DNA of 62,522 nt, the filler included, from an uncultured archaeon (lineage in GTDB: Archaea; Iainarchaeota; Iainarchaeia; Iainarchaeales; 1-14-0-10-31-34): the NCBI GenBank assembly GCA_964442255.1. It is 3 parts of 3 records of this genome, joined end to end, with 100 filler letters (N's around TTAATTAATTAA, not from the genome) between each part and the next. Parts side by side here need not be neighbours in the genome. Positions count along the whole stretch, not along the records: positions 1 to 22,939 come from CAYTYC010000023.1; 2 more parts are not named here. One strand, 5' to 3'. Within the stretch, counting starts at the first letter, position 1, and each line of letters begins with the position of its first letter. Below are positions 1 to 9,500 of the stretch, one piece after another. The position numbers were made by a program, and so were the translations under genes. The notes under the pieces were generated by a model. That model was not told where the DNA came from, did no database searches, and worked only from the letters and a program-made list of their open reading frames with translations.

Positions 1-186
1 TTCAAAAAAGTTTCATCAAAACAAACTTTTTTCCAAAAAGTTTGATCAAAAAGGGTCGCCTTCGGCGGAGAACCTTTTAAAAAAAGGTTCACCAAAATTC
101 GCCTCCGGCGGAGAAACTTTTCAAAAAAGTTTCATCAAAACAAACTTTTTTCCAAAAAGTTTGATCAAAAAGGGCCGCCTTCGGCA
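1..186. repeat. Intergenic palindromic repeat cluster (two ~119-bp-spaced copies of TTCAAAAAAGTTTCATCAAAACAAACTTTTTTCCAAAAAGTTTGATCAAAAAGGG.CGCCTTCGGC)
   Basis: Near-identical copies at 1-66 and 120-185; AAACTTTTT..AAAAAGTTT palindromes and GCCTTCGGC hairpins recur elsewhere in the window. Confidence 0.85.
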
Positions 187-225
187 AGTGGCTTACGCCA
201 TGCGGCTTCGCCTTTAACTGAAAAA

Positions 226-278
226 GACATCCTCAACGAATTCAGGGAAACCCACGGCTTTAGCCGCGGGAGGATGTC
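226..278 (+). mobile_element. IS200/IS605-end-like or REP-like palindromic element, non-autonomous
   Basis: GACATCCTC...CCCACGGCTTTAGCCGCGGG-AGGATGTC: terminal inverted repeat plus internal hairpin; near-identical inverted copy at 44588-44640; no transposase in window. Confidence 0.55.
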
Positions 279-280
279 AT

Positions 281-384
281 AAACCCCTTCCGGGAACCCC
301 GCCTGTTTCAATGGGCGGAAGAGGGTTTTTGCAGGCCGTTTACGGGAAAAAAAATTTGGGGGGCTTTAACCCGCCGTAGTTTAG
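281..384 (-). repeat. ~105-bp dispersed structured element, copy A
   Basis: Reverse complement matches 46966-47073 closely and 27013-27118 more loosely; its first bases supply the archease TAA stop. Confidence 0.8.
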
Positions 385-806
385 ACGTCCACCACGCACT
401 GCGCAACGAATTTTCCGTTTTCTTCCCCGACTTTCAGCCCGGAATAGGAGGCCGCCTTTACCTCTGTTTTAACCCTGTGCCTGCTTAAGTCAATTTTTTC
501 CCCGAATGCAGCCCCAATTAATTCCCATTTTTCGCCCTTTTGCCTGATTTCTTTCACTTTAAACTGCGAGAAAAGCATTTCCCTGACATCCTTCAAGTAC
601 AGGAGTTCATTCAGCCATTCCACAAGCAAATTTTCCCTGCTGTCCCCGTGCACCACAACCTTGACTTCCTCACGAGTGCGCACTTCTCCCAATTCAGCCA
701 TCACAAAAAACAATGCCTTGCCGGCCTCCTCAAAAGCCTTGGAAAGGCTGTCACCGATTCCGCGAATCCCGACATCAGCCTTGTGCTCAATCAGTTCAAA
801 CGGCAT
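381..806 (-). CDS. Archease (RtcB tRNA-ligase activator)
   Basis: MPFELIEHKADVGIRGIG...LLVEWLNELLYL...EVKAASYSGLKV...VVDV family motifs; start at ATG 806 gives a typical 141 aa. Confidence 0.92.
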   Translation of the reverse strand: MPFELIEHKADVGIRGIGDSLSKAFEEAGKALFFVMAELGEVRTREEVKVVVHGDSRENLLVEWLNELLYLKDVREMLFSQFKVKEIRQKGEKWELIGAAFGEKIDLSRHRVKTEVKAASYSGLKVGEENGKFVAQCVVDV

Positions 807-968
807 GAAAAAAAGGAAGGGCGAAGTTTTTTTAATGCGTAAGTGCCTGTCTTTATTGAGGGAGAAATGCCGAAAAGACAGCTTACTGGATTGGGCCTTG
901 AGAAGATTTAACGGCGTGCGAGAACAGGCAAAATCAATACAGGGGAGCAGGCCAGACAGGCAGTAAAA

Positions 969-1823
969 ATGGTTGCGGGCTTTTATGACCTTAAACCCGG
1001 GGGAAAGAGAACTGATTTGGGCCCTTTTTATGAAAGCCTGAAATCCCTGCGGGAAAAAAGTTTCGGCGAGGGAAGAAAAGTTATTGACAGGATTCTTCAC
1101 CGCTACAGGCGGGTTCCTTTGCCTTCACTCCCCCCAAAACCCTATTTGGATGAGGACGCAAGGCTTTTGGATACGCAGAAGGAAATCCGGAAACTGCTGG
1201 AAAACCCTTCAAAAGTGATTTCGCGAAGGGAACTGGACAGGCTTCAAAAAAAGCTTATGGAAGCAAAGCTTATGGAAGCCGAAGCCCAGCTGCATGAACT
1301 GAACCGCGAGCACCTTCTTGCCGCCAGCACTTGGGCTAAAGCCGGCGACTACAAAAAAGCGCTTGAAAATTTCAGGCAATCAAAGGCTTTCCCTGAATTG
1401 AATGAAGGCAAGTTGCCTAAAACTGCAAATAAAGATGTTAGGCGAATGTATTCAAATATGCGCGTCCAGCTCCGCCGAACCTATTATATGCTTAGCTTTG
1501 AAGCCGACAGGCGCAGGAAATTCCTTGATGCCCTTGATTTTGGTTTAAGTCACCTTAAAATTGCCGTAAATGCAGGGGATGTGATATCTTATAAAAACAA
1601 TTTTAATCGTCTGGCGTTAACTGCTTATGTTGGTAACCTGGTGTCTTTTGCTGAAAAAACCGTGAGTCCCCAATTGATTGAGCACGTTAGTGAAATTTAT
1701 CGTCTTGTGAACCACAGAAAACATGCGGAGCATACGGAGGCGAACCGTAAAGGCGTTTTGTCCGCCATAGGCAAAGCCCAAAGCGAACTGGAGCAAATAA
1801 GCAGAAAAGGAAAACGGAAGTAA
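969..1823 (+). CDS. Hypothetical basic alpha-helical protein (orphan)
   Basis: 284-aa ORF filling the archease-rpsJ gap; no recognisable family; 15-bp duplication (KLMEA x2) at 1251-1280. Confidence 0.7.
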   Translation: MVAGFYDLKPGGKRTDLGPFYESLKSLREKSFGEGRKVIDRILHRYRRVPLPSLPPKPYLDEDARLLDTQKEIRKLLENPSKVISRRELDRLQKKLMEAKLMEAEAQLHELNREHLLAASTWAKAGDYKKALENFRQSKAFPELNEGKLPKTANKDVRRMYSNMRVQLRRTYYMLSFEADRRRKFLDALDFGLSHLKIAVNAGDVISYKNNFNRLALTAYVGNLVSFAEKTVSPQLIEHVSEIYRLVNHRKHAEHTEANRKGVLSAIGKAQSELEQISRKGKRK

Positions 1824-1825
1824 TT

Positions 1826-2140
1826 TCATTCCTTTAACTCGATTTCCACGTGAACTTCTTCCGGAATTTCCACGCGCATTACCCTTCTCAAAGTCCTTTC
1901 ATCCGCTTCAATGTCAATCAGCCTTTTGTGGATGCGCATCTGCCATTTCTCGTAGCTTTCCGTGCCCCCCCCGCAGGGGCCTTTCCTTGTTGGCACAACC
2001 AGTTTTCTTGTGGGCAGGGGAATTTTTCCGGAATGCTTTACTCCTGTCCTGCCCGCCACCTGTAAAATTCTGTCGCCTATTTCATCCAGCAACTTGTTGT
2101 CGGAACTGCTTAACTTTATTCGCGCCTTCTGCATACTCAT
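1826..2140 (-). CDS. rpsJ: 30S ribosomal protein S10 (uS10)
   Basis: KARIKLSS...IPLPTRKLVVPTRKGPCGGG...WQMRIHKRLIDI; follows EF-1alpha. Confidence 0.97.
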   Translation of the reverse strand: MSMQKARIKLSSSDNKLLDEIGDRILQVAGRTGVKHSGKIPLPTRKLVVPTRKGPCGGGTESYEKWQMRIHKRLIDIEADERTLRRVMRVEIPEEVHVEIELKE

Positions 2141-2186
2141 TCACTTTGAAAAAAAAAACAAAAATAAGCGTTAAAAAGGAAGAAAA

Positions 2187-3455
2187 TTACTTCCTTGGGG
2201 TAACGCTTATAATCATTCCCGCCGCAACGGTTTGCCCCATGTCCCTGATTGCAAACCTTCCCAGCTGCGGAATTTTTTTGAATTCCTCCACAACCACTGG
2301 TTTTGTGGGGACAACCTTTACGATTGCCGCGTCCCCTGTTTTCAGGAATTTCGGGTTTTCCTCCTTTACTGCGCCTGTTTTCGGGTCCAGTTTTTTCTGG
2401 ATTTCCGTTATCACGCAGCTCAGTTGTGCGGTGTGCATGTGGAAAACAGGGGTGTAATTCACTGGTATTGCGGTTGGGTGGCTTAGCACAACGATTTGTG
2501 CCATGAATTCTTTTGCCACAGTCGGGGGGTCTTTCGGGTGCCCGATGACGTCTCCCCTTGCAATGTCCCCTTTTCCGAGGCCCCTGATATTGAAGCCCAC
2601 ATTGTCCCCGGGAATTGCCTGCGGCAATTGTTCGTGGTGCATTTCAATTGTTTTCACTTCACCGCTTTTTCCCGCAGGCTCTATTACAATCTTGTCCCCG
2701 GGCTTCAGAATCCCGGTTTCAACCCTTCCGACCGGAACCGTGCCCACGCCTTTAATGGTGTAAACGTCCTGAACCGGAAGCCTTAACGGCTTGTCAATTG
2801 GAGGCTTGGATGCGACAATTTCGTCCAGCTGGTCAACCAGGGTTTTTCCCCTGAACCAGCCCATGTTTTCGCTTCCTTTTGCAACATTGTCCCCCATCCA
2901 GGCGCTGACTGGGATGAATGTTGTCTGCTCTGTTTTATACCCTATTCCTGTAAGCAGTTTTTCCAGCTCTTTTTTCAGGTCATTGAATTTTCCTTCCTCG
3001 TATTTCACTTCATCCATTTTGTTGATTGCAATAAGCATGTTCTTCAATCCCATGACCTGTGCAAGGAACGCGTGTTCCTTTGTTTGCGGCTGGATTCCGT
3101 CTTTTGCGGACACCACCAAAACAGCTGCATCCGCCTGGGATGTTCCGGTAATCATGTTTTTAACGAAGTCCTTGTGTCCTGGGGCGTCAATTATGGTGTA
3201 ATTGTTTTTCTTGCCCGAGAACTTTTTGTAGGCAACGTCAATCGTTACTCCCCTTTCCCTTTCTTCTTTAAGGTTGTCCATTACGTAGGCAAAAGCGAAT
3301 GTGCCTTTTCCCTTGGCGTCAGCTTCAGCCTTGAGTTTCCTGTAATCCTGTTCGCTTAAAGCGCCTGTATCATAGAGCAGTCTTCCGACTAAAGTGGACT
3401 TTCCGTGGTCCACGTGCCCAATGAATACCAAATTAATGTGTGGCTTTTCTGCCAT
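2187..3455 (-). CDS. tuf: Elongation factor 1-alpha (aEF1A)
   Basis: [47 protein letters not shown] upstream. Confidence 0.99.
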   Translation of the reverse strand: MAEKPHINLVFIGHVDHGKSTLVGRLLYDTGALSEQDYRKLKAEADAKGKGTFAFAYVMDNLKEERERGVTIDVAYKKFSGKKNNYTIIDAPGHKDFVKNMITGTSQADAAVLVVSAKDGIQPQTKEHAFLAQVMGLKNMLIAINKMDEVKYEEGKFNDLKKELEKLLTGIGYKTEQTTFIPVSAWMGDNVAKGSENMGWFRGKTLVDQLDEIVASKPPIDKPLRLPVQDVYTIKGVGTVPVGRVETGILKPGDKIVIEPAGKSGEVKTIEMHHEQLPQAIPGDNVGFNIRGLGKGDIARGDVIGHPKDPPTVAKEFMAQIVVLSHPTAIPVNYTPVFHMHTAQLSCVITEIQKKLDPKTGAVKEENPKFLKTGDAAIVKVVPTKPVVVEEFKKIPQLGRFAIRDMGQTVAAGMIISVTPRK

Positions 3456-3631
3456 TGTCGAAACACCTCCAAATTAACATAATATTCCTTGAACAAAAGG
3501 ATTAAAAATGCTTTTTTAAAGGCGTTTTTGGGCAAGCGTTGGAATGCAGCTTGCTTTGTTTGAATCCGTTTGTTTTAATTGGTTTTTGGTGTTTTAGTTT
3601 TTCATTGAATGTTTTTTTTGGGGCGTGTTTT

Positions 3632-4471
3632 ATGGCGCGGCTGCAGAGAAGGGCTGGAAGGGGAAAGCAGGGAAAACCGGGTTCGGCGGGAAGACAAATA
3701 AATGTTAAAACTCCGGAAGCGCGGCGGCTTTATGCGGCAGCCAAGAAGGGGAGCGGGGTTCCGCCCAGTGTTGTGCGAGAGGATTTAAGGCTTTTTCGTG
3801 GCGGGGCTGGTTTCTTGGCGGATGGCAGGGTTGAGCCAACTAAAGCGCAGAAAGCCGGAATCCGTAGAGTGGGGGAGAGAGAGTCTGAAGCATTGAGGTT
3901 GGCGAAGAAGTCTGGGAATGTGTGGCTTCAGGCAAGGGTTAATGCGTTGGTTGGCAATAAGAAAGTGGCTCTTGGTTTGGCGGAGAAGTCTGGGAGTGTG
4001 GGGCTTCAGGCATGGGTTAATGCGTTGGTTGGCAATAAGAAAGTGGTTCTTGAGTTTGCGGAGAGGTCTGGGAATGTGGGGTTTCAGGCAGGGGTTAATG
4101 CGTTGGTTGGCAATAAGAAAGTGGCTCTTGGTTTGGCGGAGAAGTCTGGGAGTGTGGGGCTTCAGGCATGGGTTAATGCGTTGGTTGGCAATAAGAAAGT
4201 GGTTCTTGAGTTTGCGGAGAGGTCTGGGAATGTGGGGTTTCAGGCAGGGGTTAATGCGTTGGTTGGCAATAAGAAAGTGGCTCTTGGTTTGGCGGAGAAG
4301 TCTGGGAGTGTGGGGCTTCAGGCATGGGTTAATGCGTTGCTTGGCAATAAGAAAGTGGCTCTTGGTTTGGCGGAGAGGTCTGAGAATGTGGGGTTTCAGG
4401 CAAGGGTTAATGCGTTGTTGAATCTTCCCCCTGCAAAAAGGAAGCACCTTTTCTTCACCCTTTACTTTTAA
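3632..4471 (+). CDS. Hypothetical protein: Arg/Lys-rich N-terminus plus 26-aa amphipathic tandem repeats
   Basis: ATG 3632 MARLQRRAGRGKQGKPG; about 6.7 copies of KKVALGLAEKSGSVGLQAWVNALVGN. Confidence 0.7.
   Translation: MARLQRRAGRGKQGKPGSAGRQINVKTPEARRLYAAAKKGSGVPPSVVREDLRLFRGGAGFLADGRVEPTKAQKAGIRRVGERESEALRLAKKSGNVWLQARVNALVGNKKVALGLAEKSGSVGLQAWVNALVGNKKVVLEFAERSGNVGFQAGVNALVGNKKVALGLAEKSGSVGLQAWVNALVGNKKVVLEFAERSGNVGFQAGVNALVGNKKVALGLAEKSGSVGLQAWVNALLGNKKVALGLAERSENVGFQARVNALLNLPPAKRKHLFFTLYF
3899..4417 (+). repeat. 78-bp coding tandem repeat with alternating A/B units (156-bp higher order)
   Basis: GTTAATGCGTTG recurs every 78 bp; units alternate ALGLAEKSGSVGLQAW and VLEFAERSGNVGFQAG. 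Confidence 0.95.
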
Positions 4472-4666
4472 ACTGTTTTTCTAAACTGCTTGATTCATTG
4501 AAAGCTAAAAATGCGCTTTTTAAAAGGCGTTTTTTTTGTGCGCCTGTTTCCGCCGTCCAAACCTCCTGCCGCAGCCCTTGCGGGGCTCAATAACCGGGAT
4601 GAATCAGAAGACATCTATTAAAAGAAGAAAGTCAAGCTGTTTTGCACGTTATTCGCCGAAATTGCC

Positions 4667-5032
4667 TTACACAGGGATTGCTATTTTCAGCCCGGAATAC
4701 TTTGCAATAGGCTCAATTCCGCGGCTTTCTTTCCCTAATTCGATAAGCCCAAGCCCTTTCAGGGTTTTCACGTCGCTGAAAACATTTGCGTAAGGCCTTT
4801 TCGCGAGCCTGCTCAAGGCGTAAATCGTTTTAGGTTTTTCCGCCCTGATGAGCTTCAAAAGCCTTATTCTTTCTGTAGTAAGCACTTTCCGCAGGGTTTC
4901 CAGGTTTTCAAAGGAAATGAATTCCTGTTTTTCCCTGGCTTTCCCTGCCTTAACCTCGTTATAAGCCTCGGTAAACCGTTTTCCCGTTTCCTCAAGACTT
5001 TCAACTTTAATCGTAATCTCCTTTGCTTTCAT
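4667..5032 (-). CDS. HVO_A0114-like HTH protein, putative antitoxin (TumA-like)
   Basis: ISFENLETLRKVLTTERIRLLKLI...TIYALSRLAKRPYANVFSDVKTLKGLGLI wHTH pattern; ATGA overlap with the upstream DUF6516-like gene. Confidence 0.75.
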   Translation of the reverse strand: MKAKEITIKVESLEETGKRFTEAYNEVKAGKAREKQEFISFENLETLRKVLTTERIRLLKLIRAEKPKTIYALSRLAKRPYANVFSDVKTLKGLGLIELGKESRGIEPIAKYSGLKIAIPV

Positions 5033-5364
5033 TTCAGTTCCCCTTTTCTTATTTTTTCAAACTTAAGGGAAGTATCGGAACCGTGGGTTCTGATTTTTTC
5101 AGTTTCCCCCAAAAACCTTTCCACAAGCCTTTCAATTGATTCAAATTTAACTTTTCCCTCTTTTTTTCCAAAGTGCCGGTGATGCCTTTTTCCCAGTTCA
5201 TTATCGTAGCGGAGAACGCATTTGCCTTCCTGCACAAAACTCATTGAATATTTCACTCCATCCGGAAACGCTTCACTTTTTGGAACCCTGTGAATCTTGA
5301 ATTCTGCAAAGCTTTTCCTGTCCGCACTTAAGTAAACCCTGTCCTTAAGCAGCGGTTCAGCCAC
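5029..5364 (-). CDS. DUF6516 family protein, putative toxin (TumE-like)
   Basis: KIHRVPKSEAFPDGVKYS...VLRYDNELGKRHHRH family signature; GTG start. Confidence 0.75.
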   Translation of the reverse strand: MAEPLLKDRVYLSADRKSFAEFKIHRVPKSEAFPDGVKYSMSFVQEGKCVLRYDNELGKRHHRHFGKKEGKVKFESIERLVERFLGETEKIRTHGSDTSLKFEKIRKGELK

Positions 5365-5524
5365 AAAACCACCCGCGCAGTTCTATAGCCTCCAACAATA
5401 CATGTTGTCCAAAGCAATATATAAGCTTTTCCATTCAAGCCTTCCAAGCAAGGCAAGCAATTTAAATTCTTTCCAACGTCAGAAAACGAAACCTTAAATT
5501 ACTCAAAGTGCAAGTATTCTTTTG

Positions 5525-6502
5525 ATGGCTGCAAGAAAGGTTTCTGAGCCCAAAAGAGGGCGATATGCAGGGAGACGCATTAACCCCGAAGAGCAAAAGA
5601 AATTGACCCGGTTCAGGCTAAGATTATTATTGCCTGATTACATTAGGCAATCCATGGATAAAGTAAATAGCAGGGACCCGGAACAAAGATACCGGGCAGT
5701 TGACCATATTTTGCAGTATCTTAGGATCTGTTGGAGTGGCGTGGCGAAAACTAAAAACCCGGTGGCCATGGGAAGACGGAAGGCAATAGAAAGGGAAGCG
5801 GTTCCGCTTTTGAAGAATGCTTTGGTTGACCGGATGGAAGAAACGCGGAAAAAAGCCTCAGATGCGATGCTTATAATGGGAAAATTGAAGGAAGCCGCGG
5901 AATCTGTTTCTTCCATGAATTTTGGAAGACTTTCTCGTTCCCTTTCTTGGACCCAGCAGCCCATGGAGTCTGTGGCAGAAAATAAAATAAATGCCCAAAT
6001 CGCAAGAATTAGGCAGGGGCAAAAAGCGGGAAAACAAAAACCGGCGTTTCACAAGGGAGTTGAAGTGCTCTTTGTGAATATCAAAGATCAGGGGATACTT
6101 GGGTGCAACCATAATGGCTTGATTCTAATAAACAGGGATTCTATTTTCCGGCTCGAGGAACATTTTGTGAAAGTTGAAAAAATGTCCCCACAGGCCGCCA
6201 AAGTACAAGTTAACAAAATTGTCGGTGCAGTCAAAGAGCATGAATTGGGTGAATTTGTGTCCCATGAATTGGGTGAATTTGTGTCCCATGAATTGGGGAT
6301 TGTGATGGAGCTTTTGCATGCAGAAAAAAAAGGTTTCATAAAAGAGCACTTGAAAATGTTTCATGATTCCAAGCATGCAAAAAAAAGCGGCTTAAGATGG
6401 AAAGTGTCTTTTAAAGAGGAAACCCCCTATGAAACCCGAAAAAAAATTATACTGACTCAGCTTCCAGAACTTAAAAAACATTTGCCTGAAAATCAGCCTT
6501 AA
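5525..6502 (+). CDS. Hypothetical protein: basic N-terminus, HEAT-like helices, repeated HELGE motif
   Basis: AVPLLKNALVDRMEETRKKASDAM resembles a HEAT/PBS-lyase repeat; 24-bp duplication HELGEFVS at 6239-6297. Confidence 0.7.
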   Translation: MAARKVSEPKRGRYAGRRINPEEQKKLTRFRLRLLLPDYIRQSMDKVNSRDPEQRYRAVDHILQYLRICWSGVAKTKNPVAMGRRKAIEREAVPLLKNALVDRMEETRKKASDAMLIMGKLKEAAESVSSMNFGRLSRSLSWTQQPMESVAENKINAQIARIRQGQKAGKQKPAFHKGVEVLFVNIKDQGILGCNHNGLILINRDSIFRLEEHFVKVEKMSPQAAKVQVNKIVGAVKEHELGEFVSHELGEFVSHELGIVMELLHAEKKGFIKEHLKMFHDSKHAKKSGLRWKVSFKEETPYETRKKIILTQLPELKKHLPENQP

Positions 6503-9500
6503 TCCAAAAAGTATTCGCCTTTCTTTGGCGCCGGGTCCATTCCCTTGCGTGTGCGGACTTCCCTAACCACTTTATCCTGCAGTTCTCTCGGCAAAGGTTC
6601 ATAGCCTGAATACTCAGCTGTCCAGATTGCCCTTCCCTGCGTTGCCCCTCTAATAGCGGAGCTGAAGCCAATTAACTCTTTCACTGGCGCCTTTGAAATA
6701 ATAATTGTGAGTTCCCCTTCCTGCCTCATTTCATTTATTTGTGTCCTGCGGGAGCCCAGCTCCTTGCTTACCCCGCCCATGTAATCCTGCGGAACATTGA
6801 TTGTGAGAATCTGTTTTGGCTCCAGAATAATCGGGTTTCCAAACAACACGCAGGCATAAATTCCTCTTGTAATGGCGGGCAGCACCTGCGCGGGACCGCG
6901 GTGAATTGCGTCCTCGTGCAGTGTTGCGTCCTCCAGCACAACCTTCACTCCCGTAACCCTTTCCTTTGCAAGCGGCCCTTCATTGGTTGCGTCCATGAAA
7001 GCCTGAATAATGAGTTCCCTGATTTCAAACAATGCCTCAATTCCGCGTGTGGCGTTAACCAGTGTGCAGGTGTTGTTCACGGCCCAGGTTTTCTTCGCCT
7101 CATCGTTGTCTATTCCGCAGTCCACAAGCTTTGCGATTGTTTCCTTGTTTTTCAGCTTTAATTTGCCCTGAAGCTTTGATTCCTTCAGTTTCTCCAGAAT
7201 TTCCGGTTCAATCGGCTCAATGCGCATCTTGAATTTGTTGTGCTTGTTCGGGGTTTTCGCTTCAATGGTTTGCGAAGGCTTTGTGGCTGTTTCATGGTAC
7301 ACGACAATAGGAGGGCTGACTGTTACCGGGATTTTGTGGTCGTGCTCTATTCTGTGCTGTGTTACCTCCAAATGCAGTTCCCCCATCCCTGAAAGAAGGT
7401 GTTCCCCGGTTTCCTGGTTTATTTCAGCCCTGATGTTCGGGTCCTCTTTTGTTATCTGCCTTATCACTTCAATAAGCTTTGGAAGGTCTTTTGTCTGCCT
7501 GGCTTCCACGGAAACAGTCATCACCGGCTCCGCACTGCTCATAAATGTTTCAAATTCATGGAGTTCCTGCCTTGTGCCGATTGTTTCGCCTGCCCAGACT
7601 TCCTTCAATCCGACCAATGCCGCAATATTCCCTGCCGGAATTTCTTCCACAGGAACCCTGTCCGGGCCCATGTACACTCCCACCTGTGAAATGTTGATTT
7701 CCTTTTGCCCGCCTATGAGCTTTACGTTAACCCCTCTTTTAACGGTTCCCGAGTAAATCCTTCCTGTTGCAATGTCCCCTGCGTGCGGGTCAACCGAAAC
7801 ATCTATAACCATCATTGCCAGTTCTCCTTTCGGATCGCATGAAAGCATTCCTTTTCCTTCCGCGCTTTCCGGCTCCCCTTTCCATATAACAGGGGTCCGG
7901 TATTTTTGCGCTTCAATCGGGTTCGGCAGATGGTTTACAACCATCTCCAAAAGCGCCTCATGCAGCGGGCTTTTCTGCGCCAAAGTTTTCTGGTCTTCTT
8001 TCTGGCAGTAATCGTACACGTCCTTGAAGGAAATCCCGGTTTCCTTCATGTGCGGGGCGGAAATAGCCCAGTTGTGGTACGCCGAGCCAAAAACAACCGA
8101 ACCATCATCAACCTTTACGCCCCATTTTCCCTTGAACTGTTCCGGGGAATTGGCTTTAATCAGCGTATTGACTGCCGCAATCACTTTCACAAACCTTTCC
8201 TGCATTTTTTCCGGCGAAACCTTTAACTCGTTCACAAGCCTGTCCACCTTGTTTATGAACAGGGTTGGCTTAACGTTTTCCTTAAGCGCCTGCCTTATCA
8301 CTGTTTCAGTTTGCGGCATCACTCCCTCCACGGCGTCCACAACAATCACGACCCCGTCCACGGCGCGCATTGCCCTTATGACTTCCCCTCCAAAGTCAAT
8401 GTGCCCGGGAGTGTCAATCACGTTAATCAGGTGCTCTTTTCCCTTGTATTCGTGCACCAACGAAACGTTTGCGGAATTTATTGTGATTCCGCGCTGCTGC
8501 TCCAGTTCATAGAAGTCCATGAACAGCTGCTTGCCGGCCAAATCCTTTGAAATCATTCCCGCGGCCGCAATCAAATTATCCGTAAGGGTGGTGTTGTGGA
8601 TGATTATTCCGTTTCCTATGAAGTTGTGTGTGCCTTCAACACTGAAATCGTAGACGAATTCCTCTTTTTCAGACTCTTTTTTTACGACAAAAACAGTGGA
8701 GCAGTCAAACAGCGTTTTCTCTATTTCCTGTATTTTTTCCCACGTTTCCCTGTTTTTGATTTCCGGGTTGCCGATGGAAGAATAGACAGTGGAAATGAAT
8801 TCCTTAAAATTCAGGCAATAAACCGTTTGTTTTCCAAGTTCAATTATTTCCTGGGTTTTTTTAAATGCTTTTAGCGGGATGCCGAGCTCTTTTCTGACGG
8901 TTTTCAACAACGTGCCTGAAAGGGGCAGCGCATCAGTGTTCCTGTTGGTTTGCGAAACGCCCGCAAAATTTAATGCCTTTGCCTGTTTTCTGTCCAGCCG
9001 GAATCCAACTTCTTCTGCAAATGTTTTCAGGTTTTGCCCGGAGATGTACAAAGTGTTTTTCTTTTCGTTGAAGGTTGCGCTGCAGCCAAACCTTAAAAGG
9101 CATAAATAGAGCTGGCTCAATATTTTTTTGGACCTGGAATTCAGGCTGATGGCCCTTCTTGAACTTTCCACTGTTCCGTCAGCATCAAAATACCCCTGGA
9201 TAAAAGCTTTGAGCAGCTGGTTGGGTGCCTTCTGCACCAGTGCCGGGACAGTGATGTTTGCAGATTTTTTCTGCATGGGAAACTCAAAACCGTGCTCTAA
9301 AATTTTCAGCAAGGTTAGGCCTGCTTTCAGGTCAACCCGTGTCGCTTTTGAGCCATACTTCCTTTCAACGGCGGTAACCCCAAAGGAACCCTTTGTTATT
9401 TTTTTAATCCCGTTGATTATCTGCCTGTCTTCGTTTGTTATTCTTATGTCTTTTCCGCATTTTCCTCCGTCCCCCCAGATTAAGCCAAGCAGGTACATAA

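Noticed and set aside
807..1100. 98-aa N-terminal extension of archease in the ORF track
   Set aside because: Overlaps a divergent gene; family similarity begins at ATG 806.
3785..4447. Alternative-frame ORFs across the 78-bp repeat (and across the 18-bp repeat at 22324-22864)
   Set aside because: Open frames are a by-product of repeat periodicity; they lack substantial unique coding flanks.
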